Shown piece after piece: positions 8,314 through 18,055 of a stretch of 37,974 bases of DNA. The translations under genes were made by a program, and so were the position numbers. A model generated the notes under the pieces. The model made no database searches, had not been told where the DNA came from, and worked only from the letters and a program-made list of their open reading frames with translations. Location of the stretch: positions 1 through 37,974 of the forward strand of contig JBGSMV010000049.1 of NCBI GenBank assembly GCA_041739995.1, written 5' to 3'. This stretch comes from Bdellovibrionota bacterium (lineage in GTDB: Bacteria > Bdellovibrionota_C > UBA2361 > JBGSMV01). The number at the start of each line of letters is the position of its first letter. The stretch's first letter is position 1.

Positions 8314-8471
8314 AGTGCCGTGTTAAACTACTAAATACCGCTGCGGTTGGCGATTTTATCACATTCTCTGGTCTACTCAATTCAACGTTCCCGTCCCATA
8401 CCGCAGTGGTACCACAAAGCACTTCACCCCTGCGCGGACGCAGACGACTCGTTCCCAGAAGTCCATCAACT

Positions 8472-8499
8472 TTGACGGAAGAGATAGCACTGGTATGAT
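8472..8499 (+). promoter_or_regulatory. Sigma-70-type promoter for the methyltransferase (likely leaderless)
   Basis: TTGACG-16 nt-TATGAT with an extended -10 TG. The ATG at 8508 is 8 nt downstream and has no Shine-Dalgarno. Confidence 0.6.
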
Positions 8500-8507
8500 G
8501 ATCGGCT

Positions 8508-9263
8508 ATGTTTCAGTCCACCCCAAATAAGTATTCTTCCAAGACACAGCCCCGATCGGTCGCACAGAGACCCGGCACAGGTCCCTGCGAACTGAGAGTC
8601 AATGCAGTAGAGCTGCTTGCGGCGACTCAGCGCCAAAAGCTCAATGAAAACCGCTTTGAGACGCCGCACTTCAAAAGCACACTTCAGCAATTGATCGCAC
8701 ACGACAAATTCCACGACACTACTCATGCCGATCATTTTCTCGACACCTTCCTACAACTCCCCTCAGTGGGGCGCTTAGAGCTTTCCGATCGAGAGTCCCA
8801 GCCATACATTCCACTTCCGGCTAGAAATATCATCGACCTTATAGACAGCGTTGGCATCTCTGCGAACGATACCTTTCTCGACTTAGGCAGCGGCCTCGGC
8901 CGAGTCCTACTCACTGTGCATCTGCTTACGAATGCGTCCTGTATCGGCCTAGAACTCAATCCAACACTGGTAGACCTGGCCTCCGAGAGTACGAAGAGGC
9001 TTGGTATTCAAAACGTCACCACACTAATGCAAGATATTAGTGACGCTGATTACCGAGACGCCACCGTCGTCTTTGCTTACGCACCTTGTTTTGGAAGAGC
9101 ATGGCGACAATGCACCGACAGTCTCACACGCGCCGCCCGCCACCGTTCTTTTAGCGTCGTTACCTTGGGTCCGGTTGAGCCTAACCTACGAGACTCTCGC
9201 TACTTCGAAGACGTTTCTGCCAATGGATTTCAAATCTACCGCCGAACTCCCGCGCGCGCTTGA
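8508..9263 (+). CDS. Class I SAM-dependent methyltransferase, DOT1-like
   Basis: 251 aa. PYIP pre-motif, motif I FLDLGSGLGRV, motif II IGLELNP, then QDISDADYRDATVVFAY, as in bacterial DOT1-like MTases. Confidence 0.85.
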   Translation: MFQSTPNKYSSKTQPRSVAQRPGTGPCELRVNAVELLAATQRQKLNENRFETPHFKSTLQQLIAHDKFHDTTHADHFLDTFLQLPSVGRLELSDRESQPYIPLPARNIIDLIDSVGISANDTFLDLGSGLGRVLLTVHLLTNASCIGLELNPTLVDLASESTKRLGIQNVTTLMQDISDADYRDATVVFAYAPCFGRAWRQCTDSLTRAARHRSFSVVTLGPVEPNLRDSRYFEDVSANGFQIYRRTPARA

Positions 9264-9287
9264 CCGCTCCGTCACTTCGAAACAGGA

Positions 9288-10715
9288 CTAGGCACTCCAT
9301 AGATCTGACAATGGCCCAGACGCGACTCTTCGAATGTCGTTTCCAAAATTATCGACGCCACTCCCTGCCGCATGGGTAAGGGTGCTAAATATATTGGAGA
9401 CCTGTCTATTGTTGGCTTTGCCCACTCGCGGATACACAATCGATCGATTGCCGGAACCAAAACCATGGTTCGATCCACCAATGATAAGCATCGGCCACTC
9501 ATTTGAATTTGAATGATGCTTCTCGCCATTATCTGACATGTAAATGATGACAGTATTGTCGAGCATGTTGCCTGAACCTTCGGGGGTAGCTTTCAGATCC
9601 TTGGCAAGCTTTGCCACTAAACCCACTTGGTACGACGTGATGGCATTAAGCGCCGTATAGTCATTAGCATGACAGATATCGTGCCGCCCAATTTGGCCAA
9701 GGCCGATACGGTCATAGTTTAAATTAAATGCTCCACCTGTGCCTGAACCAATAACCGCGACATTGGTCAGCCCTCCCAGAAATGCAGCCTTAGTGAGGTC
9801 AAACATCGCTTCGAGATGGTCAAGCGAATGAGTCGAAGCGTACAATGGAGAGACTCCGGGACCGTCAGGCGCCACTGCCCGAAGCTGCGTTTCCATTCCT
9901 AGGATCGTTTGATGGCGTACAGTGAGCGTTTCAACTGCCTCGCCGTACCTCTCGATCTTGTTCTGCAGCTGAGGTTTTCCATTTAGCTCCTGAAGCGTCG
10001 CGTCAACATCAGCTCTGACGAAATCAAGCAGCTTTCCTTGGTTACGAAATACATTTGCACTGTCACCCGGGGCAACCGAGCCAAACAGATTGGCGTACGC
10101 AATCTGAGGATTGCAAATCAGCGGCACCGGCGCCCGATCTCCACTCGCACAGGTGCTGTAGTTAAATGGTGTAGTGGTACTAGACTGGATGCCAAGCCTC
10201 ACCACATCGAACGGTGAAGCGCCACGCACCAGGGGGATACGACCAAGGATGTGATCGACCGAAGGCATTGACGGCACCCGAGCAGCACCCGGTGAACAGG
10301 TAAGAGCGCCAAAATGTGAACTATGCCCTCCTCCTGCTACTTTGCTCGAAAGCCCCAGCACAACCCTCGTGTCTTCTTCAATCGAGAGATCTCCAGAGAA
10401 CTGCGGCGCAAGACTCTGCAGTGCTGAAGCACTAGAAAGACCGGCGTTGGGTACTTGGAGAACCGAATTATGCGCGTAGCGATTATTCAGATCTCCGTAA
10501 TCATTCGGCCCTATATTTCCGCCCGCCGCATTGATCGCTGCGATAGTCGCGTTTGAGGCAACAAAGCGCGGGATAAGGCCGTTTCCTTCCATCATAATAA
10601 GACAGCGAAAAGGCGCCTGGCCCGCAGCGTATGAAAATCGCGCTGGGTTTAGCAGCAACGAAGCGGCACCAATTCCTAGTGTCTTCACAAATGTACGACG
10701 AGTACTGCCTTTCAT
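9288..10715 (-). CDS. DUF1552 domain protein with a Tat signal
   Basis: 475 aa. Twin-arginine STRRTFVK, SVDHIL, NPQIAYANLFG, RHDICH, EGSGNMLDNTVIIYMSDNGEKHH and WPMLIIGG. Lies directly downstream of a DUF1592 gene. Confidence 0.88.
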   Translation of the reverse strand: MKGSTRRTFVKTLGIGAASLLLNPARFSYAAGQAPFRCLIMMEGNGLIPRFVASNATIAAINAAGGNIGPNDYGDLNNRYAHNSVLQVPNAGLSSASALQSLAPQFSGDLSIEEDTRVVLGLSSKVAGGGHSSHFGALTCSPGAARVPSMPSVDHILGRIPLVRGASPFDVVRLGIQSSTTTPFNYSTCASGDRAPVPLICNPQIAYANLFGSVAPGDSANVFRNQGKLLDFVRADVDATLQELNGKPQLQNKIERYGEAVETLTVRHQTILGMETQLRAVAPDGPGVSPLYASTHSLDHLEAMFDLTKAAFLGGLTNVAVIGSGTGGAFNLNYDRIGLGQIGRHDICHANDYTALNAITSYQVGLVAKLAKDLKATPEGSGNMLDNTVIIYMSDNGEKHHSNSNEWPMLIIGGSNHGFGSGNRSIVYPRVGKANNRQVSNIFSTLTHAAGSGVDNFGNDIRRVASGPLSDLWSA

Positions 10716-10732
10716 ATCACTCTCCGATTCTC

Positions 10733-12895
10733 TTATTCTTCAGCGGGCGACTCTTTTCTCATGGTGAACGTGGGGCTTCGTACCAGCGCCTGCACCATTG
10801 ACTTCATTGATCCGCCGCTGTCCTCGTAAACATTCTGCATCATGGTAAGCGTGCAGGCATCTTCATTACTTTCAGGTCGACCCATCAAATAGCGAAATAC
10901 TTGGCGGATGAAGCACTGCTCTACGACCGGACTGTTGGCGAGTCTCTCACTGAACTCGACCGCATTGACGACCGGCCCATTAAGATTGTCGTCGCCACTG
11001 AACACGATCGTGCTTTCACCGCTTGGCGCTGAACCATGATCGGTCGCACGCACGAACCCTGCATGATTATACATCTCAAAGGGCAGCCCCAGCGGATTCA
11101 TTAGAGAGTGGCAGCCTTGGCAACTTGGAGAGCCGGTAGAAAGTTGAAGCCGCTCGCGCGCCGAGAGGTGACTAGTGCTGGGGGGAAATGACGCATCGAC
11201 TGTGATTGGGACATCGGGCACCATTCCGCACAAGACATTCTCACGAATCCACTTACCACGAAGGATCGCACTCGGCCCGTTTTCAAAGTTATCCGCATGC
11301 GCCGCTAACCAGGCCGGATGGGTAAGAATACCAGCCCGCTCGTTGGCTGGAAGTATATTCCAAAGCGCTTCGCGGTTTGACGGTAGATCTTCTCGAACCC
11401 CATACACCGCTTGTGGTGACTGCACGTACTGACTTTCTAGGTTCGAGGGGAGATAGAACTGGCGGGAGGTGAAAAGAGAGGAGATCACGTCTTGGTCGCT
11501 ATCCACTATGCGGGCGATCATTTCGATAGCCTGTTCTCCTAGAGTGATACCATCACCGTAGTAGGCTTTCTTCTTCATATGGTTATAGGATTCGTCTACT
11601 CGTACGAGGCCAGTCACGTCTGCGGTGGCCGATGGCCTGTCGTGAAATGAAGTCGGTAACCCACTAATTCCGAGCCACTCAATAAAAAACTGTTCGATCT
11701 TCTCCCCCATCCAATATTCGCTGTAGTGAGGGTCACGCAATTCATCGATGCCGCTGTAGTTTGCAGCCACCAAAGCATCCAATGTCGCTGGAACACTAAT
11801 GGTGCCATCGAGAACGGCATCCTCGATCGCCTGCACACGTGGTAGCGGGGGAAAAACTCGAGCCGGCTGCATAAGCCGTGGAGCTCCAGGGCCTTGGTTG
11901 GTAAAGGTGTAAGCAATCGCCTTACCTAACTCTTCGTCGGCAAGCAGGGTTTCCCCGCTCGAGAGCTGCTCGCCCTGTCCTATCTCAGATCGGAAGAGCG
12001 CGCCGCTGGTGACCCAAGCCGCACTGGTGATTTGCTCCATCACAGCCGAACGTGCAGCCTGCGTCGATCTATCTACGTTGGCTGCTACTGCCTCAGAAGC
12101 AAACACAGCCAAGCGATCGAGCTCTCCTGGTTTGGGCTCTCGAAACAACACGAAGTTCTTTAGATACACCTGAAGGAATGCTCGAATGCAGGTCTCACTG
12201 GGAGGCGCCGGTAAGATCATACAGCGATGCTCGGGCGGACGAGGCACATTAGAACTAGACGAGCCATCAATCCATCCAGTCCTGGTATGACGAAGGTAAT
12301 TGAAATACTCGCTTAAGACCGTGTCATTCAGACTCGCTCCATCGGAGAAAGTGCTGTACTGGCTACCGGCATCGGGTACTAGAGGATTAAACTCCGCATC
12401 GGTACCCCTCAACCCCAGAGTCGCAGCCCATTCCATTTGTCCAATTCTTCGGATACGAGGCTCAGATGGCTGCGGCGATCCATCACAGGAAAATAGCTCC
12501 GCTGAGGAGATCTCGTTTCCACGTCGTCCGTCGGATCCGGGCGGAACAACTGGTGGCTCTTCCGGGATGGGCTCTTCCGGGATGGGCTCTTCTGGAGTGA
12601 ATTCTCGTGTACAAACGGCAAGCCGCGCTTTCGCAGTCCTCGCTTTGCGCTTCACCACTTTAAGAAGTTCAGAATCCCCAGACTTCCGTGCCTTTCTGAC
12701 CTTTTTGCGTAGTCGAGTGAGGGCCACATCTCTTCTGAAGTTACCCTTCCTCATGCGGCCGCTCACGACTTCTCCGCCGTCGCTCACCGCACAGAATAGC
12801 GCTCGTCCTTTAAAGGTCGTCTCAAAGATTTGCTGAGCGTCGGCGCGCGGGATAAGCGCGAAGACAATCGCTAGAAAAATTAAAGCCCTAAACAT
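10733..12895 (-). CDS. DUF1592/DUF1588/DUF1585 domain protein with a CxxCH heme-binding motif
   Basis: 720 aa from ATG 12895 (MFRALIFLAIVFALIPRADA signal). Motifs IRRI, ERAGILTHPAWL, SAILRGKWIRENVLC, CQGCHSLMNPLGLPFEMY and CFIRQVFRYLMGR. Confidence 0.88.
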   Translation of the reverse strand: MFRALIFLAIVFALIPRADAQQIFETTFKGRALFCAVSDGGEVVSGRMRKGNFRRDVALTRLRKKVRKARKSGDSELLKVVKRKARTAKARLAVCTREFTPEEPIPEEPIPEEPPVVPPGSDGRRGNEISSAELFSCDGSPQPSEPRIRRIGQMEWAATLGLRGTDAEFNPLVPDAGSQYSTFSDGASLNDTVLSEYFNYLRHTRTGWIDGSSSSNVPRPPEHRCMILPAPPSETCIRAFLQVYLKNFVLFREPKPGELDRLAVFASEAVAANVDRSTQAARSAVMEQITSAAWVTSGALFRSEIGQGEQLSSGETLLADEELGKAIAYTFTNQGPGAPRLMQPARVFPPLPRVQAIEDAVLDGTISVPATLDALVAANYSGIDELRDPHYSEYWMGEKIEQFFIEWLGISGLPTSFHDRPSATADVTGLVRVDESYNHMKKKAYYGDGITLGEQAIEMIARIVDSDQDVISSLFTSRQFYLPSNLESQYVQSPQAVYGVREDLPSNREALWNILPANERAGILTHPAWLAAHADNFENGPSAILRGKWIRENVLCGMVPDVPITVDASFPPSTSHLSARERLQLSTGSPSCQGCHSLMNPLGLPFEMYNHAGFVRATDHGSAPSGESTIVFSGDDNLNGPVVNAVEFSERLANSPVVEQCFIRQVFRYLMGRPESNEDACTLTMMQNVYEDSGGSMKSMVQALVRSPTFTMRKESPAEE
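12555..12599. repeat. In-frame 15-bp tandem repeat x3 encoding a PEEPI linker
   Basis: GGCTCTTCCGGGATG twice, then GGCTCTTCTGGAGTG. Confidence 0.9.
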
Positions 12896-12979
12896 GGGAA
12901 GAACCCCTACAACCAACTTCAGCTCGAAGAAGAAATCGACACTCCCCAGCGCCTACTGGCGTCCACCCACAACGGTTTA

Positions 12980-12995
12980 TGCAATATTCGCACCA
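12980..12995 (-). promoter_or_regulatory. Sigma-54 (-24/-12) promoter of the DUF1592-DUF1552 operon
   Basis: Minus strand TGGTGCGAATATTGCA has exact GG-N10-GC spacing with TTGCA. It lies about 85 nt upstream of the ATG at 12895. Confidence 0.7.
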
Positions 12996-13280
12996 AGTGG
13001 CGAGACTCCACTAAGTGGTAACATTCCCCACTCAATTCGAGCTTCTCCAGCTATTTGGAGACGGCCTTAGAGCTTCCCGTTACGAACATCATGGACTTCA
13101 GGTGAAGGGAGTATCGGCCTGTAAGAAACGACAGTTGAGAAACTGCGGCGTTTTCGCACGACTTAGTACGAGCATGCAGTAGCGCGCGAGATGCCTGCAG
13201 ACGGCGCCTCAAAGAGATTCATATCGCTTTGGAAATGCCCCTTTAAGAGAACAAGAAATGTCTTCGTGAGTATCGGACCG

Positions 13281-16200
13281 CTACCAATCCGTTGGACAAG
13301 TACAGATAAGATTCTTATCGCCGTACACTCCGTCGATTCTCGCGACTGCTGGCCAGAATTTATACTCACGCATGCTCTCTGACGGGAAAGCTGCTTGTTG
13401 CCGACTATACGGTCTGTTCCAAGAATCGCTAGAAACCGCACGCACTGTATGCGGCGCGCCCTTAAGTGGGTTCAGGGCACGATCCATAGTCCCTGACTCG
13501 ATCGCTCGAATTTCTTCTCGAATAGAAATCATGGCGTCGCAGAATCGATCTAGTTCAGCTTTAGATTCGCTCTCCGTGGGCTCAACCATCAAAGTGCCGG
13601 CCACTGGCCAAGAAACTGTTGGCGCGTGGAACCCGTAGTCCATCAAACGCTTGGCGACATCTTCGACCTCAATGCCTGCTGATTTTTTGAACGACCGTAA
13701 ATCGAGAATACATTCATGAGCGACGAATCCACCCTGTCCTCTAAACAACACCGGGTAATGCTCTTGTAGTCGTGAGGAAATGTAGTTCGCATTAAGAATG
13801 GCGACCTGTGAAGCAAGTCGTAAGTTCTTAGCCCCCATCGCTTTCATATACACCCATGGGATCACGAGAATGCTCGAAGACCCCCAAGGCGCTGCAGATA
13901 CCGGTCCGACATCTCCGTTTCCCAAAAGTTCCGCACTCGGATGCGTTGGAAGAAATGGTGCCAACTGCTTTCGCACTGCTATCGGTCCCATGCCTGGACC
14001 ACCACCGCCATGCGGAATGCAAAAAGTCTTATGAAGATTGATGTGGCAAACATCCGCCCCAAGATCAGCTGGTCGAACCAGGCCGACGAGCGCATTGAGA
14101 TTGGCGCCGTCCATATACACTTGTCCACCGGCTTGATGGATAGCGGCACAAATCTTCTTGATATGCCCTTCAAACACTCCGTGCGTCGATGGGTAGGTAA
14201 CCATCAAGGCGGCGAGTCGATCGCGGTGCTGCTCTACTTTTGCTTTAAAATCAGCGAAATCAATATTGCCTTGAGAATCGCATTCGACCGCCACTACTTC
14301 GAGGCCAGCCATCGCTGCACTGGCAGGATTAGTACCATGTGCCGATCGGGGAATGAGGCACACGGTTCTATGGGTATCGCCACGGCTGCGATGGTACCCG
14401 CGAATCGCTAACAGTCCCGCATACTCACCCTGAGCTCCTGAGTTCGGTTGAAGAGATACTGCGTCAAATCCAGTAATCTCTCTCAAAGCACGCTCAAGTT
14501 CGCGGAAGAGTTCTAGGTAGCCTTTGGCTTGATCTACAGGCGCAAACGGATGCAGCTGTCCGAATTCTGGCCAAGTAACGGGAAGCATTTCAGAGGTTGC
14601 GTTGAGCTTCATGGTGCATGAGCCAAGCGGAATCATGGAATGCGCAAGCGAAAGATCTCTGGCCTCTAGACGTTTCAAATACCGCAGAAACTCGGTCTCT
14701 GAGTGATACGAATTAAACACCTTGTGGGTGAGAAAGCTGCTTTTTCTAAGAAACTGCTCAGGAAGCGCTTCAGATGATGAGTTCTGAGCTGAAGACTTCT
14801 CTCCAGAAAACACTTCGACAAGGGCACGCACATCATCGGCCGTACAGGTTTCATCCAGAGAAACCCCGAATTCGCCGTTGGCAAGTTCACACAGGTTTAT
14901 CTTCAGTTTCTTAGCCCTGGCACGAACTTCCTCAGGAGAGGACACCGCAACACGCAGAGTGTCGAAGTAAGTTTTATTAATTACCTTTATACTTCTCTGC
15001 GAAAGCTCGGCAAAAAGCTGCCCGGTCAAACTTCGAACTCGCTTCGCGATACGCTGCAATCCTAGTGGTCCATGATAAACCGCGTACATGCTGGCCATAA
15101 TGGCGAGCAGCACTTGCGCGGTGCAGATATGGCTGGTCGCTCGCTCGCGACGAATGTGCTGTTCGCGGGTTTGAAGGGCTAAGCGAAGCGCCGGATTGCC
15201 TTCGGTGTCCTTCGACATCCCCACCAGTCGTCCAGGCATCAAGCGTTTAAGCTCGTCTTTGACCGCGAAAAATGCAGCATGCGGTCCACCAAATCCGAAT
15301 GGGACGCCAAATCGCTGAGCACTGCCCACCACCATATCCGCTCCCCACTCCCCCGGAGGAGTAAGCAGCGTAAGGGCCAGAAGATCGCTGGCTACTGTTA
15401 CCAAGGCACCTGCTCGGTGAGCAGCGTCGACAGTATCGCGATAGTCCTCAATCACTCCGTCGGTCGCTGGATACTGCAATAATACACCGATAGGAGATCC
15501 GCCTTCCTTAGCCTCAAGAGCTTGGATGATTTCCTGGCGTCCTGATTTTACAATAACTTTGACGCCAAAGGTCTCCGCTCTTGTTCGAACAACGGCAATT
15601 GTTTGCGGATGGCAATTGGACGCAACAATGAATGTACGCGGCTCTGACTCAGAACCTTCAGCTCGCGCCAAACAAACACCCATTGCTTCGGCAGCTGCGG
15701 TAGCCTCATCAAGTAAGGACGCATTCGCTACAGGAAGTGCCGTGAGATCACAGACCATGGTCTGAAAATTGAGCAGCGCCTCAAGTCGCCCCTGCGCAAT
15801 CTCGGCTTGATACGGGGTGTACTGAGTATACCAGCCTGGGTTTTCTAGTATATTGCGCTGAATTACCGCCGGAGTATTGGTTCCGTAGTAACCGCACCCG
15901 ATGAAAGAACGCCAAACTTTGTTCTTTGCAGCGACCTTTCTCAAGTGCTCAATAGCTTGTTCCTCAGTCACCGCTGCAGCAAAGAGCGACATACGAAACT
16001 CGCGCTTCATGCGCAGCACACTGGGAATAACTTCATCAATGAATGATTCAAGCGTGGGTGATGTGCCCCCCTTCAAGGAAAGCGCTTGCAGCATCTGCGC
16101 TATTTCTGATTCAGAAGGCCCAATATGGCGAGAGGCGAAAGTGTGCCTTACCTCCAATGCTTCCCGTTGAGCGGCGGAGCCACAGATAGAGGGAGGGGCT

Positions 16201-16346
16201 GAGCCACCGGCAGATGCACCATTTGAGACGCTCGCTGTAGAACACGCCTGGACGTCACGAACCTGGACCCCAGAACCATCTCCACTTGTCGCTGCTTGTT
16301 TCATGATCACATCCGCTGACTGCATACCACCTTGAAGCTCACTCAT
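13281..16346 (-). CDS. gcvP: Glycine dehydrogenase (decarboxylating), single-chain P protein
   Basis: 1021 aa. [30 protein letters not shown], the PLP-lysine motif [18 protein letters not shown] and [11 protein letters not shown]. Carries a ~60-aa N-terminal extension. Confidence 0.98.
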   Translation of the reverse strand: MSELQGGMQSADVIMKQAATSGDGSGVQVRDVQACSTASVSNGASAGGSAPPSICGSAAQREALEVRHTFASRHIGPSESEIAQMLQALSLKGGTSPTLESFIDEVIPSVLRMKREFRMSLFAAAVTEEQAIEHLRKVAAKNKVWRSFIGCGYYGTNTPAVIQRNILENPGWYTQYTPYQAEIAQGRLEALLNFQTMVCDLTALPVANASLLDEATAAAEAMGVCLARAEGSESEPRTFIVASNCHPQTIAVVRTRAETFGVKVIVKSGRQEIIQALEAKEGGSPIGVLLQYPATDGVIEDYRDTVDAAHRAGALVTVASDLLALTLLTPPGEWGADMVVGSAQRFGVPFGFGGPHAAFFAVKDELKRLMPGRLVGMSKDTEGNPALRLALQTREQHIRRERATSHICTAQVLLAIMASMYAVYHGPLGLQRIAKRVRSLTGQLFAELSQRSIKVINKTYFDTLRVAVSSPEEVRARAKKLKINLCELANGEFGVSLDETCTADDVRALVEVFSGEKSSAQNSSSEALPEQFLRKSSFLTHKVFNSYHSETEFLRYLKRLEARDLSLAHSMIPLGSCTMKLNATSEMLPVTWPEFGQLHPFAPVDQAKGYLELFRELERALREITGFDAVSLQPNSGAQGEYAGLLAIRGYHRSRGDTHRTVCLIPRSAHGTNPASAAMAGLEVVAVECDSQGNIDFADFKAKVEQHRDRLAALMVTYPSTHGVFEGHIKKICAAIHQAGGQVYMDGANLNALVGLVRPADLGADVCHINLHKTFCIPHGGGGPGMGPIAVRKQLAPFLPTHPSAELLGNGDVGPVSAAPWGSSSILVIPWVYMKAMGAKNLRLASQVAILNANYISSRLQEHYPVLFRGQGGFVAHECILDLRSFKKSAGIEVEDVAKRLMDYGFHAPTVSWPVAGTLMVEPTESESKAELDRFCDAMISIREEIRAIESGTMDRALNPLKGAPHTVRAVSSDSWNRPYSRQQAAFPSESMREYKFWPAVARIDGVYGDKNLICTCPTDW

Positions 16347-16396
16347 TACCCTACCCCTTTCTCAGACAAGCGCCGCACATAACGAGAACTTAGCAC

Positions 16397-16792
16397 TTAT
16401 TTCCCCGATAGAAGTTTCGTGTAACCCTCTGCTGAGAGCAGCCCGCCCACTTCTTCTGCGGAGACACCCGCGAGCTTCACCAGCCAGCCTGTCCCAAATG
16501 GCTCTTTATTTACCAACTCTGGAGAGTCTTTTAGCGCGACGTTCACTTCCGTGACCTTTCCCCCGATTGGCGAATACACATCGGAGGCAGCCTTGGTTGA
16601 CTCAACAACACACACGGTGTCACCACGAGTTACGGTCTTACCGATGCTTGGTAGGTCCACGAACACCAGGTCTCCAAGCTCACTTTGTGCAAACTCGGTA
16701 ATACCCATCACCGCGCAATCACCCTCAAGGCGCACCCATTCATGATCCTTCGTATACCGAAGCTCACTAGGAACCGTCTCACCGTGCGACAT
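16397..16792 (-). CDS. gcvH: Glycine cleavage system H protein
   Basis: LRYTKDHEW, GITEFAQSELGDLVFV, the lipoyl-Lys motif VESTKAASD and VNKEPFGTGWL. Confidence 0.98.
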   Translation of the reverse strand: MSHGETVPSELRYTKDHEWVRLEGDCAVMGITEFAQSELGDLVFVDLPSIGKTVTRGDTVCVVESTKAASDVYSPIGGKVTEVNVALKDSPELVNKEPFGTGWLVKLAGVSAEEVGGLLSAEGYTKLLSGK

Positions 16793-16843
16793 AGATTGTT
16801 TCCTTCCTCTATTAACCGTTACTTTCGCGCTATTTTTCTCGCG

Positions 16844-17950
16844 CTATTTTTCAGTGCGCTTGTAGAAGGGCTTCTTCACCACAGAAGCCTTCAGCTTCTT
16901 GCCCCTAACTTCAATCAAAAGCTCTGTCCCTACTGGAGCAGCCTTTGTCTCAACCAACGCAAGCCCAAGCGCCTGATTAAGTGTCGGTGTTTTTGTTCCG
17001 CTCGTTACTATTCCGACTTGCCCGTCGCCAAGAAACACCCTGTCTCCCTGACGTGCGATTCCTGCATCGGCTACTACAAAACCGACTAATGCTCGTGCCA
17101 CGCCACGTTCTTTGACTTCCCACAAAGCAGTGCGGCCAATGAAATCGCCCTTCTCAAACTTCACTATCCACCCGAGGCCAGATTCGAGCGCATTAATATC
17201 TTCGCCAAGCTCGTGACCATGCAGCGGATAACAGGCTTCTAAACGCAAAGAATCGCGGGCGCCCAAGCCGGCCGGCATAAGGCCATGCGCTTGCCCCGCA
17301 GCAAGAATTTTTTCCCACAAAGCAACAGTCGTCTCTGAGGGAACGAAAAACTCAAATCCATCTTCGCCTGTGTACCCTGTTCGAGCGGCAATAACCGGAC
17401 TCCCCAGAAACTCCACTTCGGCAAAACCAAAATATGGCGTATCGCCGATTTTACGAGAAAACGGTAAGGCATCGGCTATTTCCACCGCCCGTGGCCCCTG
17501 AAGCGCAATCTGCCCCCACGCACTGCTGTGGTTCTCGATTTTTGCCTGATGCTTATTGCGGGAAAGCATCCATTCGAAATCTTTCTCGGCATTTGAAGCG
17601 TTCACACACACCAAGTACCGTTCGGCAGAGAAGCGATAGATGATAACGTCGTCGATCACTCCTCCACGCTCATTGAGAAGAGCGCTGTATTGCGCCTTCC
17701 CGTCGGTGAGTTTTTTCACTGAGTTGCAGGTAAGCCAATCAAGGGCTACTTCGGCTTCTGGGCCAGTCACAAAAACCTCGCCCATGTGGCTCACATCAAA
17801 GAGTCCCGCCTGCGTGCGCACGGCATTATGTTCTGCGATTACTCCCGAATACTGCACTGGGAGTTCCCAGCCAGCGAAAGGGACGAGTTTACCGCCAAGT
17901 TTTTGATGTGCGTCGAAGAGTGGAGTTCGACGGAGCTCTTCTGATTTCAC
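16844..17950 (-). CDS. gcvT: Glycine cleavage system aminomethyltransferase T
   Basis: [34 protein letters not shown] and [15 protein letters not shown] start. Confidence 0.98.
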   Translation of the reverse strand: MKSEELRRTPLFDAHQKLGGKLVPFAGWELPVQYSGVIAEHNAVRTQAGLFDVSHMGEVFVTGPEAEVALDWLTCNSVKKLTDGKAQYSALLNERGGVIDDVIIYRFSAERYLVCVNASNAEKDFEWMLSRNKHQAKIENHSSAWGQIALQGPRAVEIADALPFSRKIGDTPYFGFAEVEFLGSPVIAARTGYTGEDGFEFFVPSETTVALWEKILAAGQAHGLMPAGLGARDSLRLEACYPLHGHELGEDINALESGLGWIVKFEKGDFIGRTALWEVKERGVARALVGFVVADAGIARQGDRVFLGDGQVGIVTSGTKTPTLNQALGLALVETKAAPVGTELLIEVRGKKLKASVVKKPFYKRTEK

Positions 17951-18055
17951 CTAGCTCATTCCCCTCAAATATTCCGTTTTTTCAGCACGACTAGGCTACT
18001 GAATCGCTTCGTTTTCGTCGAGTATTTGGAGGAATATTTCTCCCTAGGAAATGTA

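Noticed and set aside
2616..9263. Calling the region an ICE or mobile element
   Set aside because: No integrase, relaxase, transposase, tRNA target or flanking direct repeats are visible.
17948..17959. In-frame ATG-AGC-TAG directly before the gcvT GTG (possible amber readthrough or minigene)
   Set aside because: The GAGGGG SD is 1 nt from the ATG but 10 nt from the GTG, so GTG is the likely start. TAG is used as a normal stop elsewhere in the window.
17951..18055. Glycine riboswitch upstream of gcvT
   Set aside because: No aptamer core motifs seen in the 105-nt spacer. Only a 9-bp inverted repeat, AAATATTCC/GGAATATTT.
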